A stretch of DNA of 63,717 bases, the filler included, from Perkinsus chesapeaki ATCC PRA-425 (lineage: Eukaryota; Protista; Perkinsozoa): NCBI GenBank assembly GCA_013115145.1. It is 7 parts of 7 records of this genome, joined end to end, with 100 filler letters (N's around TTAATTAATTAA, not from the genome) between each part and the next. Parts side by side here need not be neighbours in the genome. Positions count along the whole stretch, not along the records: positions 1 to 31,688 come from JAAPAO010000415.1; 6 more parts are not named here. One strand, given 5' to 3'. Made by a program: the position numbers and the translations under genes. The notes below the pieces were generated by a model. The model had not been told where the DNA came from. It searched no databases and was given only the letters and a program-made list of their open reading frames with translations. Positions 1-12,762 of the stretch are shown here, in pieces. The first letter of the stretch is position 1. Each line of letters begins with the position of its first letter.

Positions 1-537
1 TGCAACCAACACACAACGTGCGCTCCCTACAAGCACGCTATTTTACGCTACACACAATATCTTGTGCTACACAAACCTTACTAGTTTACCGTTTCCCTTT
101 CCTTTGAGTCGGTATAGCTTGTAGCTTACAATTGGACCAATTCAGAAGAACTCCCTCTGAGAGTACGACTTGTCAAAGACATGTCTCCAGCTTGTCGACC
201 ACAAGGTAAGAATCTTCCTATTACGCGGAACAGAACACAACAGAACTGAATGCAGACCTATTGGGACTTGTCTAACATCGATCTAGACCCAAAAGTGGAA
301 TTGTGAGCTGCTCACCATGAGAATGTATTATGGAGAATATAGTCATGACAAGTTGACGAGGGAAGAACGAGTTGTCGTATCATAGACGGCAAGCCTACAG
401 GTTTGACAGGCAACGAAGGCCGATCCTTCAATACGAGAAGTAACATAGTTAAGTAGTTTTAACGAAACTTCTGTACTGACACGAATACGGTCCTCAAGCA
501 TGGACAATGTATTGCTTCCACACTCAAGACTCGAGCC

Positions 538-1674
538 TCAAGTAGCTCCTGCTCTTAGCTTGGCGTACCCAATTCTCTCACCATCTTCATCAAACTCGAA
601 GTAGTTACCGACAAGGGCCGTGTCCGGAATAATCCAACAATTAAAATCCACAAAAGTGACTCCAAGGAGACAAAGGAGTTGGTCCTTCCCAAGGAAGTAT
701 CCCTCATGTCGTATCTCAATTCTGACCTCGTCATCGGCAGTTCCAAGCCCAAAGTAAAGAATTGGCATGAACTTGAGATAAGCACAATTGAAGGCGTACG
801 AACCGGGACCATACGGTATGATGTCCACAATAGCTTCGGCTGCTTCGCTCGCCTTCTTCCTGATAGCCGACATAATAGTTCGCTTGTACCATTGTGGAAT
901 AGTTACTGTGTTAGTGCCGCTATCTATCTCTGCTCTGCCATCAGCCACATTCGTCCTCTCATCGTTCTCAAACGCAAAAAATCCAATTCTTACTTGCCAC
1001 CCGAGTCGCTTTGCATCGATGACGGGTATATACCTCAATGGGGCTTCGTATACAGATGGATCGCCTCGGCCCAATAAGAGATATCCTTTGTATTGCGTAG
1101 GCACATCACTGTTATCAGGTTTAAGGTAGAGGGCGAAAATGTTACCGCTGAGCGGCTTGGAGGGGTTGACCATAAGCTGCTCGACAAAAGAAGGGAACCT
1201 GTCTAGAGATGGTCCAGGGGATAGGCCGAACAAGGCACGAGGTGGCACTGAGTATGGAGGTTGTCTACAGATAAGGCCGAATGTTGTACTGGCTGACAGA
1301 AAGGTGCCAAATCCCACATCCCCCGATGAGGGAAAGATACCAACAGAATAGCCATCGTTGAATATGCAAGTTTCAATGTCAGATTCCTTAGGATATGGCA
1401 GCTGGCGATCGTAGCATCCAGCATAGAGAGATTCACATCTTTTACCAACTAGCTCTTCATACCACGTCTTCCACACAAAGATGGAAACCTTGGACTGGGT
1501 GTCGACGATAACAGTCTGTTCCTGATTATCTACCGGTAACTTGTGATAGAGTGAAAAATCATTACCTACGGTTGGGCGGAATATTTCGAGTCTAAGAGGC
1601 TCACATACCACCAACTCAACAACAAGAGAAACAGCGGCGCACCGCGCAAGCCAGAGATATTGCTGAAGTATCAT
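538..1674 (-). CDS. Pepsin-like (A1) aspartic protease, single exon, with N-terminal signal peptide
   Basis: 378-aa ORF; hydrophobic N-terminus; lobe motifs VIVDTQS and AEIDSGT; GxLxLG (GYLLLG), WQV and IIPDTALVGNYFEFD..RIGYA C-terminal pattern. Confidence 0.9.
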   Translation of the reverse strand: MILQQYLWLARCAAVSLVVELVVCEPLRLEIFRPTVGNDFSLYHKLPVDNQEQTVIVDTQSKVSIFVWKTWYEELVGKRCESLYAGCYDRQLPYPKESDIETCIFNDGYSVGIFPSSGDVGFGTFLSASTTFGLICRQPPYSVPPRALFGLSPGPSLDRFPSFVEQLMVNPSKPLSGNIFALYLKPDNSDVPTQYKGYLLLGRGDPSVYEAPLRYIPVIDAKRLGWQVRIGFFAFENDERTNVADGRAEIDSGTNTVTIPQWYKRTIMSAIRKKASEAAEAIVDIIPYGPGSYAFNCAYLKFMPILYFGLGTADDEVRIEIRHEGYFLGKDQLLCLLGVTFVDFNCWIIPDTALVGNYFEFDEDGERIGYAKLRAGAT

Positions 1675-2471
1675 CTCTACTGTAAATGATGACTTGGCGG
1701 TTTTGATCTTCGAGTTTGCTTTGTACTGTGCGTGCGTGCCATGTCGTGACTCGTTCAGTCACGAGTGTTCGCGAAGGTTTGACCATCGACCAACACTATA
1801 AATAATAGAACCAAAGGTATTATTTACCAGGCTTATGGTGCAAGCATGCGTTTATGCTGTAGAAGAGATTCATACATATCAGACGGACGCGTGAAATACA
1901 AAGTGCCTTTAGTGATACTACGTATACACATGCAAAGTTTATACAAGGTAATCTTCTCTGAGAAGACTTCTCACTGTTCTAGATTCAGACTCTGAGACCA
2001 CCCTGCTCACTTTTTACCGCCACGGAGATGTATGAGCCGAGAATCTCGAAACAAGAAGTGTTCAACGAGTTTATAGTTGGTAGAGTGCCGCCGTTAGGCG
2101 ATCCGAATCGTACGTAGTTATCGCGTAGTAGCATGTACAATGCTCCTTTGAGTACACTGTTCATGTTTCAGCGGCAGCCCCTCTCATGAGAGCTTATTCA
2201 GCATTAATAGTTGGAAGAAATTCCTTTACATCACATCAGACGTGTTTGAAGAGACGCATTTAGATTCTAAATTTTACAACAGCAGCAGTGTAACAGGAGT
2301 TTAACCACAACCGCCATATTTCAGCTGAATGCTTCCTGGCGTAATAATCGTGGAATGTTGCATCGCTCCGCTGTATAGGCATGTCACATTCCGAGGCTTT
2401 GTACCGCTACTATACTTGCATGATGAATTCCATAACATAACACTGTCATCTACAAGATACGTATGAAACTC

Positions 2472-3609
2472 TTAGTCAATTTCGTCACACTCGTCGAGGC
2501 CCTTCTGCAATGCATCACGGTCTAATGGTCCGGTCCCGACAAATAGTATCTGAAACGGTGAGCTCACATTACGTAGTAATTATCAGCAGTCGTTTACTTT
2601 AGATTTTGTATCGGCATCCACAGGGATAGAAACCTCTACAACTTCGAAGAGCTCGCCTACGCCCTGTATAGCGCACCATCCTGCATCAGATGTCTCGACC
2701 AATCCTTTCAATCGATAAACCTGAAAGACCCGTCCTAGATTGACAGCAGCCAGCTGTCGCTACCTCGTTGCCTTCGTCACGGCCCCACAGGACCGAACCA
2801 AGCCATCGTTCCAATGCAGGCTTCTGAGGCCGCTTGTCGTTACAATACAAAACGACATGGTCGACGTGAACGTGGGTGTCTGCCGGCGGTAGGTCTTTCG
2901 CGTTCAGTTCGAACGACCGTGCCGTCGTGTTTCCGCTGTATGCCTGCCTATCCAGGACCATCGTAGTAATCTTTTCCAACGAGTCTTGCCCGCTGAATTC
3001 CGTCAGTTCAACGGTAGCGTCTGGATTCGTCGCCGCGATGACCTTTCTGGCCGTTTCGATTTCATCGGAATCGCAAATATCGCACTTGTTCAACAATACC
3101 AAATCAGCGCAGCAAATCTGTCGAACAGCTTCCCTGGATGAGCTCCCCTCTGCCAGAGTATTTCCTGTGCCATACAAAACACTGGTTATGTTCTTAGAAT
3201 CGACAACAGTAACGGTTGAGTCCAACCGGAGGGGCGTCTCCAGCTCAGAATCGAGCCATAGAATCTCGATCATTTTCACGGGATCTGCCACACCGGAAGT
3301 TTCAATTACGATTTGGTCGAAGTTTCGCTTCTTGAGCATCGCCTCGAGACCAGTGACGAGATCATCGCGTATCGTACAGCAAAGGCATCCTCCGGGCAGC
3401 TCCAAGAGCACGTCGCCGATAACATTACCATCACTGTCGGTGAGGACTGGGGACTCGATACCCATGGACTCATAGCCCATTTCGTTTTGAACTACTGCTA
3501 TTTTCCTACCACTTTTCAGGAGGTTTTGTATTAGTGTTGTTTTGCCGGAACCGAGGAAACCGGTTATAACAGTAACAGGAACTTCAGCTATGGATGGATC
3601 AGCTGGCAT
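2472..3609 (-). CDS. cobW: CobW/ZNG1-family G3E GTPase (zinc metallochaperone), 3 exons
   Basis: [35 protein letters not shown] in the ORF; spliced C-terminal exons read [17 protein letters not shown] and [21 protein letters not shown] (CobW_C); first ATG at 3609. Confidence 0.92.
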
Positions 3610-4152
3610 GAGCTTGGTAAACGTCAAACTGGTATTAACAAAGCGTCACCTACCCGTACGATAACACCATTCATTTTTACACTTCAAGTGGCAGGGAGTA
3701 TCGGGTAAAGTTTCAGAAACGCCAGAAAAAGATAATTGATCCCTCCAATAGTGCCGGCAGGAGATATGGTTCCACCGAGCAGAACAGTGGGGATGTACGT
3801 TAAATTAGATATTTGGAAACCTTTTTTCATAGAGAAGCCGACGAGGGGAGAAAATGCGCTAAGCCGCTCCATGGTCGCACAACAATTTAAAAGAAGCGAC
3901 CACAGCTTGAGTGTCATAGCGGAGAACGGAGCTATCTCGAGAAAGGGATCATTCGGTGGTACTATTAGATAACATAGCGTACATAAAGCAGTATTGGTAA
4001 CAAAAAAGGCGGAACTGGTGAAGCTCAAGAGAGCATCTTCGGCAGTTTCATGACACTCAAATCGATTACAATGGCGCTCGCTTTTGACGTGTCTCGTTCA
4101 CCCGAACCCAACCAACTGCGACCCCACTTCCGGTACTCCTTTGCTGTTAAAT

Positions 4153-5835
4153 ATGACCATTGACGTCGAGAAGAAGCTCACCATGTCGCTGGACGATATC
4201 GTCGCAGCTGAGAAGTAGGCGAGGGATCCCTCTCATTTCGTTAACATTGGCAACGGTGTAAATGTGAATGCGCAAGGACAGACGTGTGTGCTAGTGGGAG
4301 TCTATATTAAGATAGATATTAAATGATCGTTATGACTTATTAGTTTTAAGAAGGTATTTGAATAAATCATTTGCCATTAATCTGCATCTCTTCACTCGCC
4401 GTTTATATGAGAAGGAAACTTTAACAGGTGGATGCGTATGCGTGCAATTCTCATACCGCTCCTTCCGTTCCTTTTGGCTTCCTTGATGCGAATGGCGACG
4501 CTTAGGAGCTCGCCTGTCTGAGCAAATCCCGTGTGGAGTACTATTCGCCCACGGCTGTACCATTCTATGCTATTAAATATTACATTTGTGCATGCGTGCT
4601 GCCTCTCAGGCCGAAGCGTCCTGTTCGAGCTGCTACTGGTGTTAAGAAGACTGTTGGCCCTATTCGTAAAGGTCGTGGTGCTACTATGAAGGCAGCTGCT
4701 CAGCCTTACAACAATAAGAACAACAACAACAGTCGTGGTGGTGGTGGTCAGTGGCAACAACAGCAGCAGCAATCGTCGTCTTATGGGAAGAACTGGCAGA
4801 GTGGCTCTGGCTATCGTGGGGGCAATCAAGGGAAATCTAACAGTTATGGAAGTTCGAAGAGTTGGGGAGGGTCATGGGGAAGCAATAATTGGAAGGGCAA
4901 CAACAACAACCAATCTTGGAATCAACATGACAATCGGGGTGGCAATAATGAGTATGATGGTGGCAACAACAACAATGGTAACTCCTACTATGCAAGGAAC
5001 GACACCGGTTACAGGCAACAGCAGCAGCAGCAGAACAGCTCTTCGGCGACTCAGCAGCAAAGTAGAGGTGGTGGTGGTGGTGGAAGAAGGCGTGTTATCG
5101 TGACGAACATTCCCTATGACCTGACATGGCGTGAGATCAAGCAGGCATTCTCAAGTGTTGGAACAGTCGTCCATTGCGAAGTTGACTCATCTGGACCAAA
5201 GGGCGCTAGCGCCAACTTGACTTTTTCTGGTACCGTAACGGTGGAGGAGAAGTTGCTCATGTCGTCATCGCTCGCGCTGGTGCTCGTCTTTATCATCATC
5301 ACTGCTATATGGCCAGGCTTGTTGTTGTTATTGTTGCTGCTACTACTACCGACGCCTGCGATGATATCGTCGTATATTGTAATCATTAGTTAGGAAATGC
5401 TACCGGAAATAACTGTGATAACTAGGCCCCCGCCGCCGCCGCAGCAGCAGCAGCCTGTAGTGGGCTTTTACAAAGGAAGATTGAGGGCTGCTGCTGTTGA
5501 CAAATGATGGTTGTTGGCTGGAAGTCAAAGAACATTTCAATTTCATCATAATTGAACAACTTGGCTTTTGCCGCCAGATTAATTTTTAATATTATTTTCC
5601 GCGAAGGGAAAACAACAACTTATCGTGAAGGGCTCGAACTGCTACTACAAAGATTATTATAATTATGTCCAGTGTGGGATTCGAACCCACGACCATTGTT
5701 ATGGTCATTATTATCTAATAATAAATGATATTCTTTTTGGTGCTTTTTGCAGACCCCAGCGGTGCCAGGCAAGCGGTTGAGCTCTACGACGGTGGAGATA
5801 TGAACGGTCGAAGAATCCACGTTAATTACGCCTAA
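4153..5835 (+). CDS. RNA-binding protein with N-terminal MSLDDI motif, N/G/Q-rich low-complexity region and C-terminal RRM (Aly/REF-like), 3 exons
   Basis: Exon 1 MTIDVEKKLTMSLDDIVAAE; exon 2 ends RVIVTNIPYDLTWREIKQAFSSVG..ANLTFS; exon 3 after tttttgcag reads DPSGARQAVELYDGGDMNGRRIHVNYA*. Confidence 0.8.
5666..5694 (-). pseudogene. Isolated tRNA 3' fragment (T-arm plus acceptor strand), antisense within the RRM-gene intron
   Basis: Minus strand GGTC GTGGG TTCGAAT CCCAC ACTGGAC A: perfect 5-bp T-stem; no 5' half upstream. Confidence 0.7.
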
Positions 5836-6111
5836 AGACTAGGCCCAAGGTAGAAGTGACGCTACCGCCGTCGAGGATAGGAATTAAAGGTCAGGTAATG
5901 TGATTGCTGATAGGCTGATGATGACGAGAATACGTTTGGTCTCCTCCTCCTCCTGCTACTACTACTAGTATGGCTCCACTATCGTGTGGGGATCTCTGCA
6001 ACAATATTGTACTTATTATTTAGTGGTGTAGTGTTGTTATATAATGGGAGTGATTGGCAGCGTTTTCGGTGTCATTGCCGTCGCGGGTGTGGTCTGAATC
6101 ATAGAGAGAAT

Positions 6112-8280
6112 GGCGTTAATGTCTCCCAGTAAGTTGACGAGGCTGGATGCCCATTATATTATTGCTTGTAGCATCGTCGAATTACACTGGTTATTATTCG
6201 TCACCAACACATTATAGAGGGTCCCGAGGGAAAGGTGGTCGAGGGTTCGAATCCTCCCGAGGGTATTTTGTGGCTGCTCTCAGGCGGCGGGGCGCATGAC
6301 CGGACGGCACTGCTGGAGCAAGGCATTCCGCCTGCAGGGAGCATCGAACTGGCCAAGTTTTGCGAGAAGCTTTTGCGCGAGTTGTATCGGCAGCGGATAT
6401 TTCCGGATGTAAGGAGGGAGCGGTATGAAGATGTTTTGCACGCATGCACAAGCAGTTACATAATATTAAACACCGAGTGGCTGAGATAGTGATGAGTGGC
6501 AGTGGTGGTGGTCAGCAACATCATCATTTGAATAGTAACAAGAAGAATAGCTGGGTTGGATCGCCAACGCTTGAAAAAGGCATGACCAGGATAATACAGT
6601 ATTTCGCAGCACCTTCGCAAGCGGCAAAGTAAGCAGGTTAGGGGAAGTAGTTAACTGAATGACTGTATGTTTGGAACAAACTATTTACCTTGAACATTTG
6701 CAATAGTTAACCCGATCTCGTCGTTTGCCGTCTTTCGTTGCCCGCCGGCTCCTCCTTTTGTATCAGGTATGCCGTAATAGCGGATCCTCATATCACCCAC
6801 ACTTACCGGGAGGCAACACCCTTCCCAGTCGCCGTTGATGAGCCAGCACCAGATGTGGTAGCATTAGAAGCCATATTCGCCCGGATAAGCAAGAACGGTC
6901 AGAACTGCTGCGTTCTGTTCCGCGAAACTCCGACGGTTCCGATCGCCTTTGACGGTAGTGCTTTGGTGGTCGCTGAGGTGGTGACTGGTGTTCCTTCAGG
7001 GCCGTTTTACTTTATTAGTCCGCATGCCGACGATATATACACGAAGTCTATGTGGGAGGCATTCAAGCAATATCTTGATAACGCGCTGGAGGAGGGCCGA
7101 AGGGACTTGTAGGAGGGCACCTGGAAGGCGGGCTGCCTTCCGATGGTGTATGGGCATTTGCGAACGTTGAGTTGCCCCGAATGTTTTAGAAAGTTAGTAC
7201 CTTGTTGCTCGAAGTTAGGAGTATGATAGAAGGGCTCGTCCGCTCCTCTCCACAGCCTCGTTTCAACTTCAGATACATCTTTCCTAAGGGAAGATACTCC
7301 TGCGCGCACGCGCTAGAATCTCGTAAGCTTCATTTCTTTAAAGGCCTTACTATGGGACATCTCATTAACGTTGTACAATTGGCAATGAGCAAGTAAGCCT
7401 CCGGTGTATAGTCTGCATGATGGTGGGTATTGGTGGTGCCAGATATAGTTTGCTTATGTTTGATGAGGACAAGTCTATAAGGCCACCGCAAGCAGCTCAG
7501 AAGGTTATACGTAGTCAACAACGAAAGCCTTCGGAAGAGTCCAAGCTGTAAGGGTTATCGATTGCGCTGGTCGACGGTGAAGTTACGTTGCCGCCCGTTG
7601 TGGCTGTCATTGTTAACCGTATTGCCGTTGGCAGCGTGAAGAGGGTAATGAATTTATTATACTACAATTAGAGTATATAGAGAAGTTTGGCATCACGAGC
7701 TAGTTTTATGGCGCACCATATATTAATCAGAATCTGCAAAATGGTATCTTTCGACCGTTTCATTTATGTAGCTCCGCAGCGGGTAGAATGGTTGTAGATT
7801 ATGTGGGTGTAGTTATAAGCGCTTGAGTATAATAGATATTGTGTATTGCTGATGTTTGGTTATTGTTTTTGTTAATGTTATAGGTATCAGCGAGATGGTG
7901 GACCGTTCATAGGCAGTTTGGACGAGCTTAAGTTCTGTCTCCAAGTTATATTCCAAATCGAGGCGTCAGGCTCCATTAGCATGTGTAGTAGAAAGGAGGG
8001 CATACCTCCACTGGGGGACCGAATGCTTTCTTGATCAGGCCGAATAAAAAATATGATTTCTCAGTATTGTCATCGGCAACTCTCCGAGACCAAATTCGGC
8101 GAGAGCCGATTGTCTGACCTAATGGCCAGACCGGAGCTCCAGGATACCGTAGAGGTAGCAGGACCTCAGTCAGTTGTTTGGTCATTTGCTACCTCCTCCT
8201 CGTTCAGTTGGTCCGCACGTGCGGTTCTACGCCTTGGCTGCATCCTCGTGGCACAGAGGAACCGACACCGCAGTTGTTGA
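6112..8280 (+). CDS. OHA + OST-HTH (LOTUS) domain protein, multi-exon; boundaries approximate
   Basis: FPKGRYSCAHALESRKLHFFKGLTMGHLINVVQLAMS resembles the OST-HTH-associated domain; RIKNMISQYCHRQLSETKFGESRLSDLM fits the OST-HTH LSET..G.S.LS.L pattern. Confidence 0.7.
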
Positions 8281-8610
8281 TCAGGCCAGCACAGGGTCTG
8301 GTTATCTCATCAGAGCCTCTCACTGAGGAGGTAGACCGGCAGTGGTGGGGAGAGAAGAGAAGAAGGCATTGTGTGTTGCTTCTAGGTTGCAGCAGCTTGG
8401 TCTCGATCGCGTCGTTTGCCGTCGCCTGATTCGTATCAGCGCGGGGGGAAGGAGCGTCAAGGCCTCACTTTGCCGGGTTTGGGTGGAGAGGCTGCTGCTG
8501 GCTCTCCCACTCATACCGGGTACGAGTATCTGGTAAGATAGGATAGCAGTGGAGGTTTAATAAGTGTTTGACAGCGGTCGCCAACAAACGCCAGTACGAG
8601 CACATCGTCG

Positions 8611-9274
8611 ATGGCGTCTGTGATGACGCCAATGGCTCACGGCGGTGTGGCGGCTCATGACGATCTTTTCGGGTATAGTCCAGCCGAAGGCTACGAGAGC
8701 AACAGCCAGACGCGGTCACCATGGTACCACCAAATGGTCGAGTACCACAAGGATGATCGTTTAACGGGCCCAAATGGGCCCTCAGTTGAGCAGCAACCAC
8801 CAATGGCTGGTGCGTGGCAAGCGGAGATGGAGAGGCTCGAAAAAATTGCTGAGACCGACTCTGCGATCTCTGATGTAGGAAGGGTTTGGGGAGAGTGGGA
8901 TTTATTCCTGGCAACAGGTTCTATCGGAGCTGGCCAAGCTAGTGGCCGCCGAGCTGGGCCCTGTCGAACCTGATGAGGGACATGTCCAGCCTGAAGCGAC
9001 AACAGTAGCTGTTGCGGTGCAGAGCTCAGCGGCGCCGGCGGCGGTGCCTCAGGAGAATAACATTATTGTCGACCTATCGAACGAAACAGTTGTGGAGAAC
9101 TCAGATGAGCACCTCCTGTTGTCGCCGACGAAATTGTCGTTATTGCGAGAACTACTAGAACTCCATGAGGACCATGGTGGTGAGGTCGATGACTCGGGTG
9201 GCGTGGTGCAGCATCGATATGATAGTGGTGCTGGATTCGCGACTAATGGGGGGTTCAACCCAATGTTGGAGTAA
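8611..9274 (+). CDS. Hypothetical acidic protein, 2 exons
   Basis: ORFs 8611-8973 and 8942-9274 join through a GTAGGA..caacag intron: ..DSAISD|VLSELAKLVAAELG.. Confidence 0.55.
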
Positions 9275-9652
9275 AGTTGGTGAACGATTGTTCATCTTCA
9301 CTGTCGGTGATATAATTTATCACCGTCATCATGCTCATGCACAACGGTAATGGTAAACTCATTACGCGTTACGTGGTCGTCCAAGATCGTGGACAATTTC
9401 TCATACCGCTCTTTTCTCTCATCGCGGGCAGGGTAGCACCTGCTGGCGATGATGATGTTGTTTATTTATGTTAATCATTCGTCTTCTGAGTCGGTCAGGT
9501 CATCGGTCGTCGTATTCACTGCGGCTACTTTCACTTTGTACCTTGCATATCTATCGGTTGTGATCCTCCCTGCTGCTTTGAGTTGCAGTTGTCAACTTTT
9601 GTTGCACAAAAACTGTCCCCATTTCGGAGATATTTATTTTTATAATTACGTA

Positions 9653-11695
9653 ATGGTAGGGCCGATAGAGAACGAAGCGATGGTCCTGCGTAAAGTGGAT
9701 GACATGTCGCTGGAGTCCAAACCGATCACCGGCTCGCTATCCCCTGGTCAATGCCTCATTCGCGTGAAGGCGTGTGGCATCTGTGGGTCGGATGTCCACT
9801 ACTTGAAAAGAGGCCGCATTGGAGATTTCGTAGGGCAGCAGCAGGATGTGTAGGGTGGCCGCAGCAGCATCCTCGTTTAGAGTGTCAGGAATCCTATGGT
9901 GATCGGACATGAGGCAGCTGGGATAGTGGAGGCTGTTGGAGATGGTGTTAATAATGTTAAGGTGGTAGTGCGTGCGTGTATTACTTGCTCCTGCTTTCTG
10001 GTGCATTGTTGGGTACTGGATGATAGCATCTGCTGCTTTGTAGCCGTGGCTGTCGGGTGCCGCGTAGTTCTGGCTCGGAGGCGGACTAAATTATTGCGAA
10101 TGTGCGGTGATGCCAGGGAGTGTGTGGACGAACGAAGATACGAAGATCTGCGCCCAAAAATTAGCTACATCTTGTATTGGACTTACTCTACTAGACTCTC
10201 AATTATAGGACCCTAGGCGTGTTCGGTCAGGTGGGCGATAGGGTGGCAATGGAGCCAGGTGTGCCCTGCGGTCACTGCGATCTCTGTAAGAGTGGCAAAT
10301 ACAATCTTTGTCCTGATGTGAAGTAATGAACTCTGCGGCATTCGATATGTTAAAGAGTCTGATCGCTTTAGGTTCTTTGCGACGCCCCCAATTGATGGCT
10401 GTCTGGCCAACTTTGTTATGCATCCCGCAAGGTTCTGTTTTAAGCTGCCAGAGGACATGACGCTGGAGGAGGTAGATGAGGCCACCTAAAAGAGCTTATA
10501 GTGCAGCTTAGGGTGCAATGTGTGAGCCGCTATCAGTAGCAGTGTACGCATGTGAGACTAAGGCTAAGGTTAAGGCAGGGGATAAAGTGGTGGTATATGG
10601 TGCCGGGCCAGTGGGTGGGTGTAGTCGAGGGAGGACTGGTAGCCTGGCGCATCTGGACCTTTCGTTTGAATGGTCATCATGCTGTTGTGGTTGTTGTTGT
10701 TGATTGAGAGCTGCAAGGGAGTGCAGTTGTTAGAAGGACTGATGTGCTCTTGTGGTTGGTGGGAATCAGTTGATTCACGAATCTCCTGAATTACATTGTG
10801 AGATGTTAGATTTTGGGAGCCTTCCAAAATTAGGATGATTATCATCAAAATTTGGACTTCAAGTGATTATATGTCCTTCTCGGACGCACTGTAGGTTTCT
10901 CGCGTCCGACCATGTATGAGAAATTAACTCCTGAGGAAGGGTGATGGATGCGAGCGAGGGTCTGTTTCTGACTTTCGTCCTTCAAAACGTACATCTGAAT
11001 TGGCTGTCTGTTGCAGGGTATTCCCTCAGGCACCATGACAGCAATGGTGGCCCAAGGGATGGGAGCTTCTCGTGTGATGGTATGTGATATAGACTCATCT
11101 AGATTGGATAAAGTGAGGTCCCTATGCCCACAAGTGGAAGTGCTGAATACTAGGGAATTAGGGGGCTCAGAGCAGACCGCAGAGGCCATCAAGTGGGAGA
11201 GCCATTTAGTAAAGGCTTGTGGTGATCTCTACCGTAGGGGGGAGCTTGCTTCCTTTGCGGACTGCTCCATTGATTGCAGTGGAGCAGAGTCTGCTGTGCA
11301 ATCTGCCATTAAATCGACCAAGTCGGGTGGAGTGGTGTGTCTAGTCGGCATGGGTACTCCCGATATGACTTTGCCGATTCTGAATGCGGCCATCAGAGAG
11401 GTTGATATCAAAGGCGTCTTTAGGTAGTAGGATAAATTATTACTTTTAATCCGATCGTTCTTGGTAGGTATCGTAACACCTATCCGACATGCATTGACCT
11501 CATCAGCAATAAGAAAGTCAATGTGTTGCCGTTGGTCACTCACAGGTATGCCATGAAGTGTGTTTGGTTTATGCTGCGAATTGTGATAGATATTCCTTTA
11601 CGAATGAGGATATTCTGCAAGCATTTGAGGACTGCCGTAGAGGGGAAGGAAGAGACGGGCGCAGCACCATAAAGTGCATGATAAACATTGATTGA
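9653..11695 (+). CDS. SORD: Sorbitol/L-iditol dehydrogenase (Zn-dependent MDR), copy 1, multi-exon
   Basis: VKACGICGSDVHY, MVIGHE, CGHCDLCKSGKYNLC, CEPLSVAVYAC, VYGAGPVG, IREVDIKGVFR, ending KCMINID*. Confidence 0.93.
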
Positions 11696-12087
11696 CATGA
11701 TAAGCTGTTGAAGCGATGCAACGGCGGCAGTTGGTGATGATTCATTGTCTGAGTTTCTAATGTTCCTAATGGGGTGATAGAGTTATGACAGGTGAAGTTT
11801 GCGCTTCGGCAAGAGTTTCAGTGGCTTCGTGGTGGCAGCATTCCAATTGACACAGTGAATTTTTGTTAACTTTGTACTCATTTAGACTGTTATCATATAA
11901 GTCATAACAGCGTTATGAACGTAGCGGGAGAATATGAGGGAAGTCGTCCTTGCTTTGTGGTTTTGTTTTACAGTAATGTTTTCATGAGATGTTATCTTGT
12001 CAGAAATCATGGTTTGTTAATCGAGAGATTAGTGAATATGGGGAGTCTGTGGAATTCTACAAAGATCAAGTCCAGGCGAAATATATA

Positions 12088-12159
12088 TTCCACGGCCGGG
12101 AATTGAACCCGGGTCTCCTGCGTGACAGGCAGGAATACTAACCTCTATACTACCGCGGA
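12088..12159 (-). tRNA. tRNA-Asp (GTC)
   Basis: 72-nt cloverleaf: TCCGCGG/CCGTGGA acceptor stem, CCTGC-CT GTC AC-GCAGG anticodon arm, CCGGG TTCAATT CCCGG T-arm. Confidence 0.92.
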
Positions 12160-12762
12160 CCTGTTTAGAATACTCTGACATAATACTCATCCTCTCGTGA
12201 CGCCTCTAGTCCCACGTCTCCGCCAATTTGCGTTCATGTCGCAACAGTTCGGTGAAACATGTGCATGCTCGATACGTTGTTACAAAAGTATATGTTATCG
12301 ACTATGGTTTTATACAGCCATCATACACGGTACATCAGCCGATTTATACACCGTTTCATCGACCAGGAATTCAATTGTGAAGAGGTCTCACTTCTTTACC
12401 TTACGCGGAAGTTAGGTGCCGCGACATGTCACTTATAGACTACATCAAACAAGATTGAGTAGTTACCTTCAATCTGGCTTCAACTTTCAACACCGGAAGA
12501 TCACCGTGACAGTGAATGCTTAAATACTATCCACTGATGAATGTGTGACACAAAGCTGCTGTCCCCTTCACCCTGCCATCACAATCGTAAAATCTTACAG
12601 TAACAATCAGAGAACGACCCACTAGCGAGCTTCTGAACACTGTAGCCACGTTCGCTTGGCTCTTGACTTCCGCAGTGTTTACATGTCGAACAGTCAAATC
12701 CCAGTTCATTACTGAATATGCTTTCTACATCACAGAAATTCTTGACCACAGCAGGTCCCGCC

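Noticed and set aside
2876-3475. 199-aa plus-strand ORF and many similar overlapping ORFs (e.g. 55952-56377, 34254-34688, 62809-63144)
   Set aside because: Antisense or alternative-frame shadows of recognisable genes, with no motifs of their own.
5228-5393. Hydrophobic C-terminal TM tail on the RRM ORF
   Set aside because: Read-through into the intron; the spliced exon at about 5752 completes the RRM.
6241-6258. T-arm-like GAGGGTTCGAATCCTCC
   Set aside because: Lies in a coding exon (VEGSNPP), has no acceptor strand or T-run, and is probably coincidental.
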